DNA of 64,000 bases from Octopus sinensis (lineage: Eukaryota): positions 1 through 64,000 of the forward strand of contig NW_021832985.1 of NCBI RefSeq assembly GCF_006345805.1, written 5' to 3'. Below, piece by piece: positions 26,470 through 38,985 of this stretch (its first letter is position 1; each line of letters opens with the position of its first letter). Under the pieces are notes generated by a model. It did not search any database. It had not been told where the DNA came from and worked only from the letters and a program-made list of their open reading frames with translations. The position numbers and the translations under genes were made by a program.

Positions 26470-27405
26470 CACAAAGGTAAACAGTCAAGACGAAGAGCGC
26501 GATTCGATTGTAATAGATATTTTATTAGTTGGACGATATTTCAACAGTACGTCTGTCTGTGTCCAGTTCAAAATAAGAAGTTATAGAAATTCAAAATTAC
26601 AGAAATTTAAACGTATAGTATGAACGAGAGCAACCAGTGTCCACACGTTGATGGAATGACATCATCAGTTTTTAAGTTACAATTTTATAACAGACGAAAA
26701 GAAAAAGACTGAAAAAACAGAAAAAAGAAGACGACAGAAAAAAAGAAAGAAAAAGAGAGAAAGAAGAATATTTAATCAAACAGTTTTGTATAAATTTCAT
26801 GATATTCTCCTGTCATCTTATTCATTCCTCCAGGGTATGATGTTAATAACCCGCAAGCATATTTCTCCTCATATATTCTGAGAAGTGAAAGTGAAGCAGA
26901 TTCAGAATATTTTCTGAGAATATGCACTTTCAAGTCTTCAAATTTGAAACAAAATGTTCAGCAAGTTCTGTCGAACTACTGTTATTATGCTTATCGTCGA
27001 ATCTGTGCCCATTAAACCTTTTGTTTAATTGTTCTGCTGTACAGCCAACATAAATTGTGTTTCGTGCATTCTGCAACGTACACCAAATGGGAATCTTTAC
27101 ATGTTCCACCTTCTGTATAAATCATAACATTTCTGTTATGATTTCTGATTTAATTCACTTCACTCATGTTGTTGCACAAAGAACAGGGCTTACCTCTCTT
27201 GCGGCTGTTCTTTGAGGTACAGCGTGCAGATACTCCAATGTTCGTTTACTTGGAGTCAGATATAGAGGTCAATAATTCTCTTATATTCTTATTCCGTCTA
27301 AAGGCTACAATGTTTGAGGATAAAACGGATTTGTACTAACATAGGGGATTACTGGAAACATGCAAATGTTTTTGTATGTCATTATGTCAAACGCTGTTGC
27401 AGTGA
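26470..27405 (-). mobile_element. Penelope-like element 3' fragment (GIY-YIG endonuclease)
   Basis: VAFRRNKNIRELL, CSLC, GTCKDSHLVYVAEC...IYVGCTAEQLNKRFNGHR, LLTSYPGGMN. Confidence 0.85.
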
Positions 27406-27409
27406 ATCG

Positions 27410-27582
27410 CGATTAAAGGATTATATCGACCCCAGTGCGTAACTGGTACTTAATCTATCGACCCCGAAAGGATGAAAGGTAAAGTCAACCTCGGCGGAAT
27501 TTGAACTCAGAACTTAACAGCAGACGAAATACCGCTAAGCATTTCGCCCGGTATACTAACATTTCTACCAGCTCACCGCCTT
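27410..27582 (-). mobile_element. SINE family B monomer
   Basis: Match to array units. Other copies: ~30010-30150 (+), ~30770-30955 (-), ~31050-31200 (-), ~34190-34330 (-), ~41780-41950 (+), ~43245-43420 (+), ~54900-55100 (-), ~55305-55522 (+). Confidence 0.85.
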
Positions 27583-27980
27583 AAAAAGTTTCTCCATCCA
27601 TGGCAGACCTTCCGAGGCACTGATTTTCAACATTTTGTGATTCAGCGCCTCCTTTCATAGAATCATTTTTTACAAACGATTCCTCCCTTAGTTTGAAATA
27701 AATAAATAAAATCCAGCAGGTTATTCTCAAGAAGATAAGTTTGTGCTGGGCATTATTTATTTTTTATCTTTTATCGTTTACTTGTTACAGTTGTTTGACT
27801 GCGGCCATGCTAGGGCACCGCCTTAAAGGGGTTTTAGTCGAACGAATCGACCCCAGGCTTCATTTTTTAAAGGCTAGTTCTTATTATATCGATCTGTTTT
27901 GCCGAACCGTTAAGTTACGGGAAGTAAACGCGCCAACATTAGTTGTCAAGCGGTGGTGGTGTTCAAGGACAGACACAAAG

Positions 27981-28015
<35 letters not shown>

Positions 28016-28043
28016 TATACAAACACACAAACACACACACATA

Positions 28044-28095
<52 letters not shown>

Positions 28096-28155
28096 CAAAC
28101 ACACAAAACACACACACACACATATACAAACACACAAACACACACACACATACAA

Positions 28156-28186
<31 letters not shown>

Positions 28187-28222
28187 TACACACACACATA
28201 CACACACACACATATATATATA

Positions 28223-28766
28223 CAGGGTGTCCTACAAATCAATGGCGGGTTTCAATTTTTAATAACTCCCTTAACTTTACAAATAAATGCATGAAATGTT
28301 GATGCAATATAAAGGACATAATTGAAATTAATGTGCACAAGTTAAATTTTGCAACACCGCTACAACTCATATGAAATATTAGATCGCTTAAATGGAAGCC
28401 ATTTTCGGTTTTGCGCGCCCGTGCTCATTACAAAATTTGCACCATAGCACCCACAAGAGTTTCAGACCCCACTTCTCTGGTTTCTCTATTCATGTTCTCC
28501 TTCAGTTGGAGAACGTTCTGGAGAACTCGAAGGCCAGTTGACATTGCCCTAGCGAGAGATTATACTCTCTCCAAAGCTCTGCTGTAGCAACTGCTAGTCA
28601 TAAGCAATGTCATTTTTCATATGTGATGTAGTGGTGTTGCAAAATATGACATGCATATTAATTTCCATTATGTCCTTTATATTGTATCAACATTTCATGC
28701 ATTTATTTGCAAAGTTAAGGAAGTTATTAAAAATCGAAACCCATCAGTGACTTTGGAGACACCTTG
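28223..28766. mobile_element. Tc1/mariner-type MITE nested in a family A SINE (~27765-28945)
   Basis: TA flanks; ends CAGGGTGTCC...GGAGACACCTTG; imperfect inverted arms of ~160 bp. Confidence 0.88.
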
Positions 28767-31439
28767 TATATACACATATATACAACGGGCTTCTTTCAGT
28801 TTATGTCTACCAAATCTACTCACAAGGATTTGGTCGACCCGAGGCTATCACAGAAGACACTTGCCCAAGATGCCACGCAGTCAGTCTGAACGAAGAAACA
28901 TGTGGTTGAGAAGTAAGCTTCCTACCACACGTCCACGACTCTGCCTTTAATTATTACTTAAATTTTCTTTTAGTACTTCTAGCGTGTGCCACTTCTATAT
29001 ATTTTCGTGGGCTATTACGGTTACTCTTTACTCTCTTTTACTCCTTTACTTGTTTCAGTCATTTGACTGCGGCCATGCTGGAGCACCGCCTTTAGTCGAG
29101 TAAATCGACCCCAGGACTTATTCTTTGTAAGTCTAGTACTTATTCTGTCGGTCTCTTTTGCCGAACCGCTAAGTTACGGGGACGTAAACACACCAGCATC
29201 GGTTGTCAAGCGATGGTGATGGTGGTGGGGGACAAACACAGACACACAAACACACACACACAAATATATATGTATACATATATACGACGGGCTTCTTTCA
29301 GTTTCCGTCTACTAAATCCACTCACAAGGCTTTAGTCGGCCCGAGGCTATAGTAGAAGACACTTGCCCAAGGTGCCACGCAGTGGGACTGAACCCGGAAC
29401 CATGTGGCTGGTAAGCCAGCTACTTACCAGAGAGCCACTCCTGCGCCTATGTTATGTTAAATATTAACCGAAATTACATAAGAAAGCGAGAACTTATATA
29501 ACAAAATTATAGAAGGATTTGACTTGCCATTAATCTCATTTCCGCTTACTGGTAAAAGAATATCCTAAACATATTCTCATCCTGACAAAGACATTTTTTG
29601 AAAAGTGCGTTTAAGACATAATTAATCTAGCTGTTTTAAATATTTTATTTTTAAGAAAAATAACGCCTCCTTCAAACATTCAGCCACCCACTAAAGCCTC
29701 AATGACATTTGCCGCCATTTTGTGCATTGATAACCTTCAAGGGGTGTCACTGCTCAGGTTAAGAACCCCTGTTTGAGATAACAAATAACAGAGACAAGTT
29801 TAAATGTCATTGTAAACATGGCTGTTGCTGCTGTTTTCGAAATTGCAGATTTGTTTGTGTTTGAAAAAGAATTTTATTTGCGATATTGCTTGGAAACCGA
29901 AGCAACTTTATCGTGGAGTAAAATTAAAATCAATCTGAGAAAAAAAAAAAAAATAAATAAAGGCCACCACCAACAATCAAAATTTAGATTTTATTATTTT
30001 AAAAGTAGATAAGGCGGCGAGGTGGCAGAATCGTTCGCACCCCGGACTAAATGCTTGGCGGTATTTCGTCTGTTGCTACGTTCGACTTTGCATTTCATTC
30101 TGTCGGGATCCATTAGATAAGTACCAGTTACGCTCTGGGGGTCCCCTCTTCCAAGCAAGCTGCCCTTGTAGAAAACAATTGAAATCATTATTTTAAACGT
30201 AGATGCTATTACTATGTGTAACAAAATTAAAATACTTTGTTTTTGGTCTTTGATAGTGTTGTTTCTCATTTGCTTTTATCTAAATATTAAAGGAAATGAC
30301 TACTATTCCCTTCAAACTATGCTTTTGAGACCAGGATATCAATGTTTTGAAATTGACTTATTTTCCATTACATTTCAGACAGATTTAGCACTGAGTTGCT
30401 GAAGCAGAAATAGCATTATAGCAAAATATTCTGCTCAGCTCCACAGATTTGCTTGTCACTTGCTTGACCATAACCAGTTGAGCATGTCCCTTAGTGGCTG
30501 ACAATATGCACACCTCCGATCATGAGTAGAAGTAATGGGGGAGCATCATAGTCATGTTTTGAGAAGGATCCTTTGAGGTTTTGATGAATGTAACAAAAGC
30601 ATAGTTTGAAGGAAATATAAGCCCTTTTTCATGCTTTCTAGGGGTAACCAAATAGGAAATAAGAGTTGCCACTCACAGACAAAAATCGTGTTACACGTTG
30701 TTATTGGAATAAAATTTCATTTCACTATGCTTATGTAATATTGGTTTCAATGCTTGTCACAAAGCCAGCAATTTGAGAAGAGGGGTTAAGTGGATTATAT
30801 CAACGCCAGTGCAAAACTAGTATTTATTTTATCGACTCCGAAAGGGATGAAATGCAAAGTCGACCTCGGCGGAATTTGAACAGAATATGAAGACGGACGA
30901 AATTCTGCTAAGCATGTACCCCAGTGTGCTAACGATTCTGCCACCTTAGCGCCTTATGTTTGTCCATTTAGCATAAGCTAGTGGTTTTGTTTTCACTCCT
31001 TACTGTTGGATATTTTAAGGTTGTCAGTCTCTATATAATCGTTTCTACTGGAGGCACAAGTCCCCAAATTTGGTAGGAGGGGACTAGTCGATTACATCGA
31101 CCCCCAGTGTTTCACTGGTACTTAATTTCTCGACCCCCAAAAAAGGTGAAAGGCAAAGTCGACCTCGACGGAATTTGAACTCAGAACGTAGCGCCAAACC
31201 AAATATTGTGTCAATCTCTGCAACAACTGATATAAACATTAGTTGATTTCACAACACATGCTATATATCGTACTGGGAGGGAGTAATAGAAACATAGAGA
31301 GAGAGGTGGGGAGAGAGAGATTTAATATGAGGTGCAGGATGAGTGTATATACTACGTTTCTTGGCCGGAGGAGGAGGAGGAGGAGTAAATGACAGAACAG
31401 TTATAGGAGTTGTTCTTTCTTTTTCTTTTTTTTCTCGCT

Positions 31440-31725
31440 CTTTTCAAGCCTAGCCAGGCTCATGGGCCCAGTGTCCCGGTTTCTATGGCGTATATGTTCC
31501 CCCCAGCTGGACGGGATGCCAGTCCATTGCAGCGTTACTCAAGAAACAGGAAGAAAGAGTGAGAGACAGTTAGGGCGAAAGAGTACAACAGGGGTCGCCA
31601 CCACCCCCTGCCGGAGCCCCGTAGAGCTTTAGGTGTTTTCGCTCAATAAACATACACAAAGCCCGGTCTGGGAATCGAAACCGCGATCCTACGACCGCGA
31701 GTCCATTGGGCCACTGCGCCTCCAC
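31440..31725 (-). mobile_element. tRNA-headed SINE family C with Meta-domain-like tail
   Basis: Head gatcgcggtttcgattcccagaccggg; tail tggactggcatcccgtccag...agaaaccggg resembles MetaSINE from recollection (unverified). Confidence 0.75.
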
Positions 31726-32002
31726 ATATAAGAGTTATACAAACGAAAAATTTGTTTATTTAGTTCTATTTTAAGGCAATGTTTTATCTTTTACTTGTTT
31801 CAGTGAAACTCTGGCCATACTGGAGTACCACCATGAAGAAATTTTAGTCGAAGGAATCGACTTCAGGAATTTATTTTTTTTAAAGCTTGGTATTTATTCT
31901 ATTTACGTGACTGGGACGTAAATACTCCAACACCGGTTGTCAAGCGGTGGTGTGGAATAAATAGTCACAAAACACACACACACACACACACACATATATA
32001 TG

Positions 32003-32301
32003 GTAGAGGTACATGGCCTAGTACTTAGAGCAGCGGACTCACGGTCGAGGGATCGCGGGTTCGAATCTCAGACCGGGCGATGTGTGTGTTTATGAGCGAA
32101 ACACCTAAGCTCCGCGCGGCTCCGGCAGAAGGTAATGGCGAACTTCTGCTGACACTTTCGCCACAACTTCTTCTCACTCTTTCCTCCTGTATCTTGCAGT
32201 TCACCTGCGACGGACAGGCGTCCCGTCCAGGTGGAGAACATATACGCCAAAGAAACCGGGAAACCGGTCCTTATGAGCCAGGCATGGCTCGAGAAGGAAC
32301 A

Positions 32302-32305
<4 letters not shown>
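32003..32305 (+). mobile_element. SINE family C nested in a family A SINE (~31785-32565)
   Basis: tggcctagtacttagagc...gggttcgaatctc head; sits in the CA/TA linker of family A. Confidence 0.85.
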
Positions 32306-32351
<46 letters not shown>

Positions 32352-32713
32352 GCATACATACATATACATATATATGCATACATACATATACATATATATG
32401 CATACATACATATACATATATAAGCATACACACATATACACACATCCGACTGGCTTTGTGTCAGTTTACGTCTATCAAATCCACTGTGTCTTTGGTCGGT
32501 TCGAGGTTATAGAAGACACTTGCCGAAGGTGCTACGAAGTGGGACTGAATCCAGAACTATGTGGTCAGGATAATAAATATTCTTCTTAGGAAAATTAGCA
32601 TTGAATTAATAATTTTGTGTAAGAACCAGAATGTTTGAAGAAAGTTAATTTATAATTATTGTTTGTGTGCCATGTTTCATGATAGTAAATGTATATTTCC
32701 GAAGTTACCCGTC

Positions 32714-32760
<47 letters not shown>

Positions 32761-32794
32761 AGCTATCTAATTTAAAGAGTTTTATTTTATTACT

Positions 32795-33121
32795 ATGACC
32801 GGGTTCCAACACGGGCCAAAGCGAAAATGTCCATCCGCCACACATCTTGATTCATCATCACTACCTCGAAGTCCTGGATACATTCTGGGCCAGTGTCTGC
32901 AAGTGTGACAACGTTTTCTTCTTCTTATATCACCATGAAGTGCGTTCCTCAGAACTCCCTAGGATGCATGCAGTGTAGGGTGGAGCACGCAGTGACTGGA
33001 GAGTCGGAGCCGTCTTTGACTCATTTTCTCGCTAGCTTTCGAGAGGTCTCGATAAAGGCATTCATTTGTCATATGCTGTTGTCATTTCACATTTAGAGCC
33101 ACTCGCAGCATCCTTGTGTAA
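32795..33121 (-). mobile_element. RTE-type LINE C-terminal fragment
   Basis: YTRMLRVALNV...HMTNECLYRDL...QRRLRLSSHCVLHP...MMNQDVWR. Confidence 0.78.
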
Positions 33122-33520
33122 TCTTTATATATAAAAGTGAGGTTGTGTGCTGTCTGTCTCCTACGATTTAGATTCCTAACTACTCCCACATTTTGCGGTG
33201 CAGTTTAACCAAAACCGGGTATCTTATAGTTGTGATTCATATCGAGCCCTTCTGGGTATTAGCGCGCGTCTACAATGAGTCAACGATTTAAAAAAAAATT
33301 TACCATCAATTTTTCCCATTTTTAATGCATTTTTGGCATATATAAGGGAAGTAATGCTCTAAAAATTTATTATTAAATCTCATAACGTAAAAAGCTACAG
33401 TAACACCCCCCACACATTGTGGTTAGCCATATTGAGATGGCTATTATACTTTACATCTCTAAAAATGCTTATATAGTTATTTCCCTTACAAACCCGAGCA
33501 ACGCCGGGCGATACTGCTAG
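33122..33520 (+). mobile_element. Non-autonomous Helitron
   Basis: A|TC start, subterminal hairpin cccgagcaacgccggg, CTAG|T end, no TSD. Confidence 0.85.
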
Positions 33521-35289
33521 TAACCAATAATTCAGACCTTATTATTATTATTATTATCTCAAAATCGAACCTAAGTCAGCAGAAACTCTCTCTACACTTA
33601 CTCTTTTATTTTACTTGTTTCAGTCATTTGACTGTGGCCATGCTAGAGCACCGCCTGTAGTCGAGCAAATAGACCCCGGGACTTATTCTTTGTAAGCATA
33701 GTAATTATTCTTTCGGTTCCTTTTGCCGAACCGCTAAGTTACGGGGACGTAAACATACCAGCATCAGTTGTCAAGCGATGTTGTGGGGACAGACAGATAC
33801 TGAAACACACGCACACATATATACATATACACGACGGGCTTCTTTTAGTTTCCGTCTATCAAATCCACTCACAAGGCTTTGGTCGGCCCGAAGCTATAGT
33901 AGAAGACACTTGCTGAAGGTGCCACGCAGTGGGTCTGAACCCGGAGCCATGTGGTTGATAAGCAAGCTACTTACCACACAGCCACTCCTGCGCCTATTCG
34001 CATTTTCAATCAAATATTTGACTAAGATACTGCCAATAGAATTTATTGCCCATCATTGGTTCCAAAGGTTTCGTACAGCCATGAGAGTGTGTGAGTGTTG
34101 AAGGTGAGAAAAATTATGGGTAATCTTCTGCGACTGGTAGGTAGTTTCTGGAAAGTGATTTCGATTTTTAGCACAGGTCCAGCAATTTTTTTTTTGGTGG
34201 GGGGAGGGGCATATGTTGATTACATCGACCCCAGTACTCAACTGGTACTTATTTGATCAACCTCAGCGGCATTTGAACTCAGCACTTACAGATGGACGAA
34301 ATGCCGCAAAGCATTTTACCCGGCTTGCATACTATTGTCAATTCGCTGTCTTTTAAGCCATTTCTGAAAATTACCAAAACAAAACTACACGAAACGTGGT
34401 AGAGATCTTAGCGTTGAACATTCAACACCCGCACCACACTGGAAAGTAGAAAAAAAGCAAAACAAGTACAAATGAGTCCCACAAACTGAAGGATTAACAA
34501 AATAAAAATCGCCGCTGTGAGGTTCGATCTACTTATCTATTGCACAATAAAAACCACCAATATATTTTGACTGGTCGATTCAGTTCTTAATCGCACTGTA
34601 TCTTACCTGTTTGTCATTAATTAGACTCTGGCCATGCAGGGGCACCACCTTGAACATTTTAGTCGAATGAATCGATACCAGTGCTTTTTTTTTTTTTTTT
34701 TATAAAAGCTGGTATTTTTTCTATCGGTCTTTTTACCGAACCGCTAAGTTATGTAGGGTGTAAACAAACCAACAGCGGTTGTCAAGCGGTGCTTAGATAG
34801 ACAGACATAAATGTAATGAACTTCCTTCAATTTCCGTCTACCACTAGCCTTTGATTAGCTAGAGGGTATAGTAGAAAACACTTGCCCGAGGTGCCACGCA
34901 GTGGGACTGAAAGCGGAACCATGTGGTTGGGAAAAATTATATACGACAACTAACGTCATTGAAGGTAGTAGATTGACCGAGTTGAAACACCAAAACATTT
35001 TTTTCTAATCAGAACTCAATAATAATAATACAGGAGCACCCTTTTGGTGGTCGGCAAGAGTAGCCATTGGCCTTAATTCTTGAATAGAAGGCGATCAGCT
35101 GGCAGAATGGTTTGGGTGTTGGTCAAAACGATTAACAGTATTTCTTTTGACTCTGCGTTATAATTTCAAATTCCGTCCAAGTCAAATTTGCCGTTCTTCC
35201 TTTCAGAGGTCAATAAAACATTTACCGGTTGAGTACTGGGGCAGCGGGGGTGTTTGATGTAAGTCGATTACATTGGCTTACCCACTGCA

Positions 35290-35398
35290 TTAACCTTTAG
35301 CACATTACATTCTCTCTAGAATTGCTTCCCTGTCCTGTTACTACGGGGGAGCAAACTCATACGGTGACATTACGCACCTACAGTGTGCTAAAGATTAA
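35290..35398. mobile_element. Small piggyBac-like MITE (109 bp)
   Basis: TTAACCTTTAGCACA ... TGTGCTAAAGATTAA. Confidence 0.55.
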
Positions 35399-36373
35399 TC
35401 TCGTAAGGCAATTACCAAAAGCTGGTAACTGGCCATATGACAAAATTAAACATTATTCCTTAAATGCTAGAAGAATCGAAGCAGAAACGCGAATCGGGGA
35501 CGTGCGATACAAGTATATATCGTATATATACAAGTAAATATATCGTATACACGTATATATCGATACAAGTATATATCGCATATATCGTGCATGCGCCAGT
35601 CAGCTCGTAGGATCGACTGCCTACGTCTGGGTAGCGCGGACGCGCGTCTGCGTGTGTGCGCAAACCGGGACCACTCTGCGATACAAGTACCAAAAAAGTT
35701 CAGAACTGATCGATCCAAAAGGAACGAATTTTCTTAGAAGTAGAATAGAGAAAAGGAAAGGAAAGACGAGGGTAAACGAGGAAGAAACGTAGTAATGGAA
35801 GCGGCACTATTTACCTGGGATTTGTTCACAAGGCAGTATACATATACATCTTTGTGCAGACACACGTGCATATTAAACATGATGTAATAGAAAAAAAACA
35901 ACAAATCTTTGAAATCAAAGAATTATATTTTATTTTTATTTTATTAAAATTCTTTTAAATATTTTATTTTTTTAATGTTTAATTTCGTGTATATATAATA
36001 TTTTCATCTATTTTGTCTCTCTTCTGATGTATAACATTATGGTTGTTATTCTTGCTATTATGATAGTCCTCACCACCATCTTTATTTTCATTAAATTTTA
36101 TTATCATCATCATCATCATCATTATTATTATTAACACCAGTTCGTCGTCAGTATCTTATGCATCATTAAGAAATACACACAGAGAAACATGAAATCACAT
36201 ACACACACACACACACTCAATAATACATACAGATGCACACACTGATATTGTTTCAAACTTGTCACGGTAAAGAATAAAACAAGAAAAACACACACAAACA
36301 TACGCGCATGCATACACTACACACAAAGTAAAAAATACATATAAACAAAAAAAAATTATATATTCCTTTTCCG

Positions 36374-36404
<31 letters not shown>

Positions 36405-38619
36405 AATTATTAATATTAGTTTCGTTATTAATTATATTAAGAGCTGTGGATTAAAATAATCGGTTGAGAGTCGGACTAAATGTCTTTTGCTATATTTTAA
36501 ATTACATTTCTGGACGAAGACGATCTTGCCTATAATCCATCCGGGTACAAATATAATTAAGTACCGGTCAAGCACAATGGTTTGATTTTTCTCGACCGGC
36601 TCTCCTCTCCTTTTATAATGGTAGCGGCTTTGCGCCGATGTTGCGTCATTATGATAAAATAATCGACAAATTGCGTCAATGTTAATTTTACGGTCGTCCG
36701 TATTGTCTTTCGGACACGTGTGGTTGTGTGTGTATGTGTGAGATAGAGAAAAAAGCTCGAATGTCCCATAATATCGTACTACCCATACTTGTAAAGAAAA
36801 AAATACGTCATTAACATACCCATCGTCACCATCGCGATTATTATAATTTTTCTTATTACTTTAGTCATTGTTTATTAATACCCACTTTCCAAATATGAGT
36901 TGGTGAATTATATTTTATTTTGATGGATATTGAGCAGAGGACAAGAAATTGTTTTGCTTCTTTTTCAAAATGGCTGAGAGTTAAAAATTTAAAAAATATG
37001 CAAGAAGAAAAAAAGAAAAAAAAAGGAAAACTTCGTCAACATTGTTCCTGATTAATGAAAAAGAATAATTTTTGGTCGATGATTTCTTTCTTTACAATAT
37101 TTTGTTTATTTCCCTTTTTTTCTTCTTCATTCTTGTCTACATTCATTTTGTCATTCAGTTTAAAAGAAAGATCTATAAGCCCAGTGCTCAAACAGTTCCA
37201 CTTTGTTTTGGCAGATGAAAAATCCTCTATATCAAGCATAGGCAACCTTCTTTTCAAGAAGTGGGCCGCACTGCTAAAATAATTCTTGGTAATTTTTCGT
37301 TGGCATGTCCATCCAAAAAGTTTGCCCATGGTGGTTCCACATGTTTTTGGGAAAGGGTGCTAAACTATCACAGCTATAAACTTCCCATCTCTCTTTCTCT
37401 ATTAAAAATAAGTAAAATTTGCTGCTACATACTCTTCTCCCTTTAACAGGATGAATCTTCAGACGTATGAAAATTTCAGATGACTTATTTTTACTGAATG
37501 AGAGAGAGAAAGAGAGAAAAGCGGGCGAGTTAAAATGAGCTGGAAACATGATGCAAAATTCACGTTGTTGCAATATTAGCTGTTTGTATGTCTCTACTCA
37601 ACAAAGTCCATTTATCTACAAGAACTAGAAATGCTGTTTAAGACATTATTATCATGGGAGAAGAAACAAGTAAGACGAAACAGTTCCACGGGATCCTTTC
37701 TGTTGGGTTTAATATAAGTTTGTCAATAATTATATTTTCATATAAAGGATTTCTGAATTAAAATCTCGTAGAGGTTAGCTTAATCTTCCTCTGTTTTGAA
37801 TAAAAGCACACCAGGAAATTAATACAATATAAAAAGTCTCTGGCAATTGATATTATTATTGTTAGTTGTAGTAGTGTTGATGGTAAAAATAAAAACTGTT
37901 TCGCAGTTTTGTGAAACTATCTAGAAGAGTTAACATATACTAGCAAGTAATGTTTATTATATTAATTACGAGTTGTGTGGGGGAAGGTTTCAAATGCCAC
38001 CGGTATCGATAAAATAGACATACCAGAAATATACTGGGACATGATAATATCTCCATCTCTCTAACTATAAATATATGACAATATAACCAATAATACTATT
38101 GTCTTATCTTGAAATTTAACGATGAAATAAAAAAAAATACTTGTCCTTTTTGTGTATATCTGTGATTGTGTCAGAAAGAAAAACGATGTTTCTACACTTT
38201 TTAAATCAGTAAGAAATTCACAGTCTCCCTCTATTTCACCATTATCATAATCCTCATCGTTATAGTCATCGTCATCATCCTCGTAACGTGTTCGTTGTGT
38301 TCCCCTTTAAGTTTCTTTACGACAAAAAGATATGTCCGATGTCAATATTTATGAGATTAATGTAGAACGCGACGCATAATTATATATATATATATATATA
38401 ATATGCACGTACATATGTATGCATCCATGCAAATCATGTGTGTGTATGCATGTATAATCAGACATATGTAAATGTCTTAAATGTCAATTTCATGTATTGC
38501 ATATGAGTGTATGTATAAGAATGTTCAAACAAATGCGTAAACATATATATATATTTATATACAAGCATACACAAATGTATTAATGTGTATGTATATATAT
38601 CCTAGCATACACAATTGAA

Positions 38620-38664
<45 letters not shown>

Positions 38665-38761
38665 ATATATAGTCATGTTTGTATGTATGAATATATGTAT
38701 GTATATGTGATACGTGTATGAATGTACAATTGTTTGTTGTATTTTAATACTTTTTTTTTTA

Positions 38762-38985
38762 TTAAAATGGTTTCTTCGAGAGTATGGCATCAAAGTAATT
38801 GTATCCACCAACTAAACGGATTTGTATATTTGTAAATCCTTGTTCTTCTAACATTTCCCTATATTCTTTCGCTGAACGTTCACGACCAGTACTTATCAAC
38901 GACATTATGAGATCATTGCTCACTGCAAATGAAGGACCATCTTTCATTTCATCAAGGGTTTTCTCCAAGATTAGCAAACTTCCGC
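38762..38985 (-). CDS. ASMT: ASMT-like terminal exon: GSLLILEKTLDEMKDGP...FDAILSKKPF*
   Basis: Acceptor (t)n gcag|GC, TAA at 38762-38764 with overlapping AATAAA, 224 nt. Confidence 0.93.

Noticed and set aside
29755-29771. hAT-like terminus caggttaagaacccctg
   Set aside because: No partner TIR or TSD found; too little to define an element.
37036-37573. Overlapping short ORFs in unique sequence
   Set aside because: No recognisable motif and no consistent exon structure on either strand.
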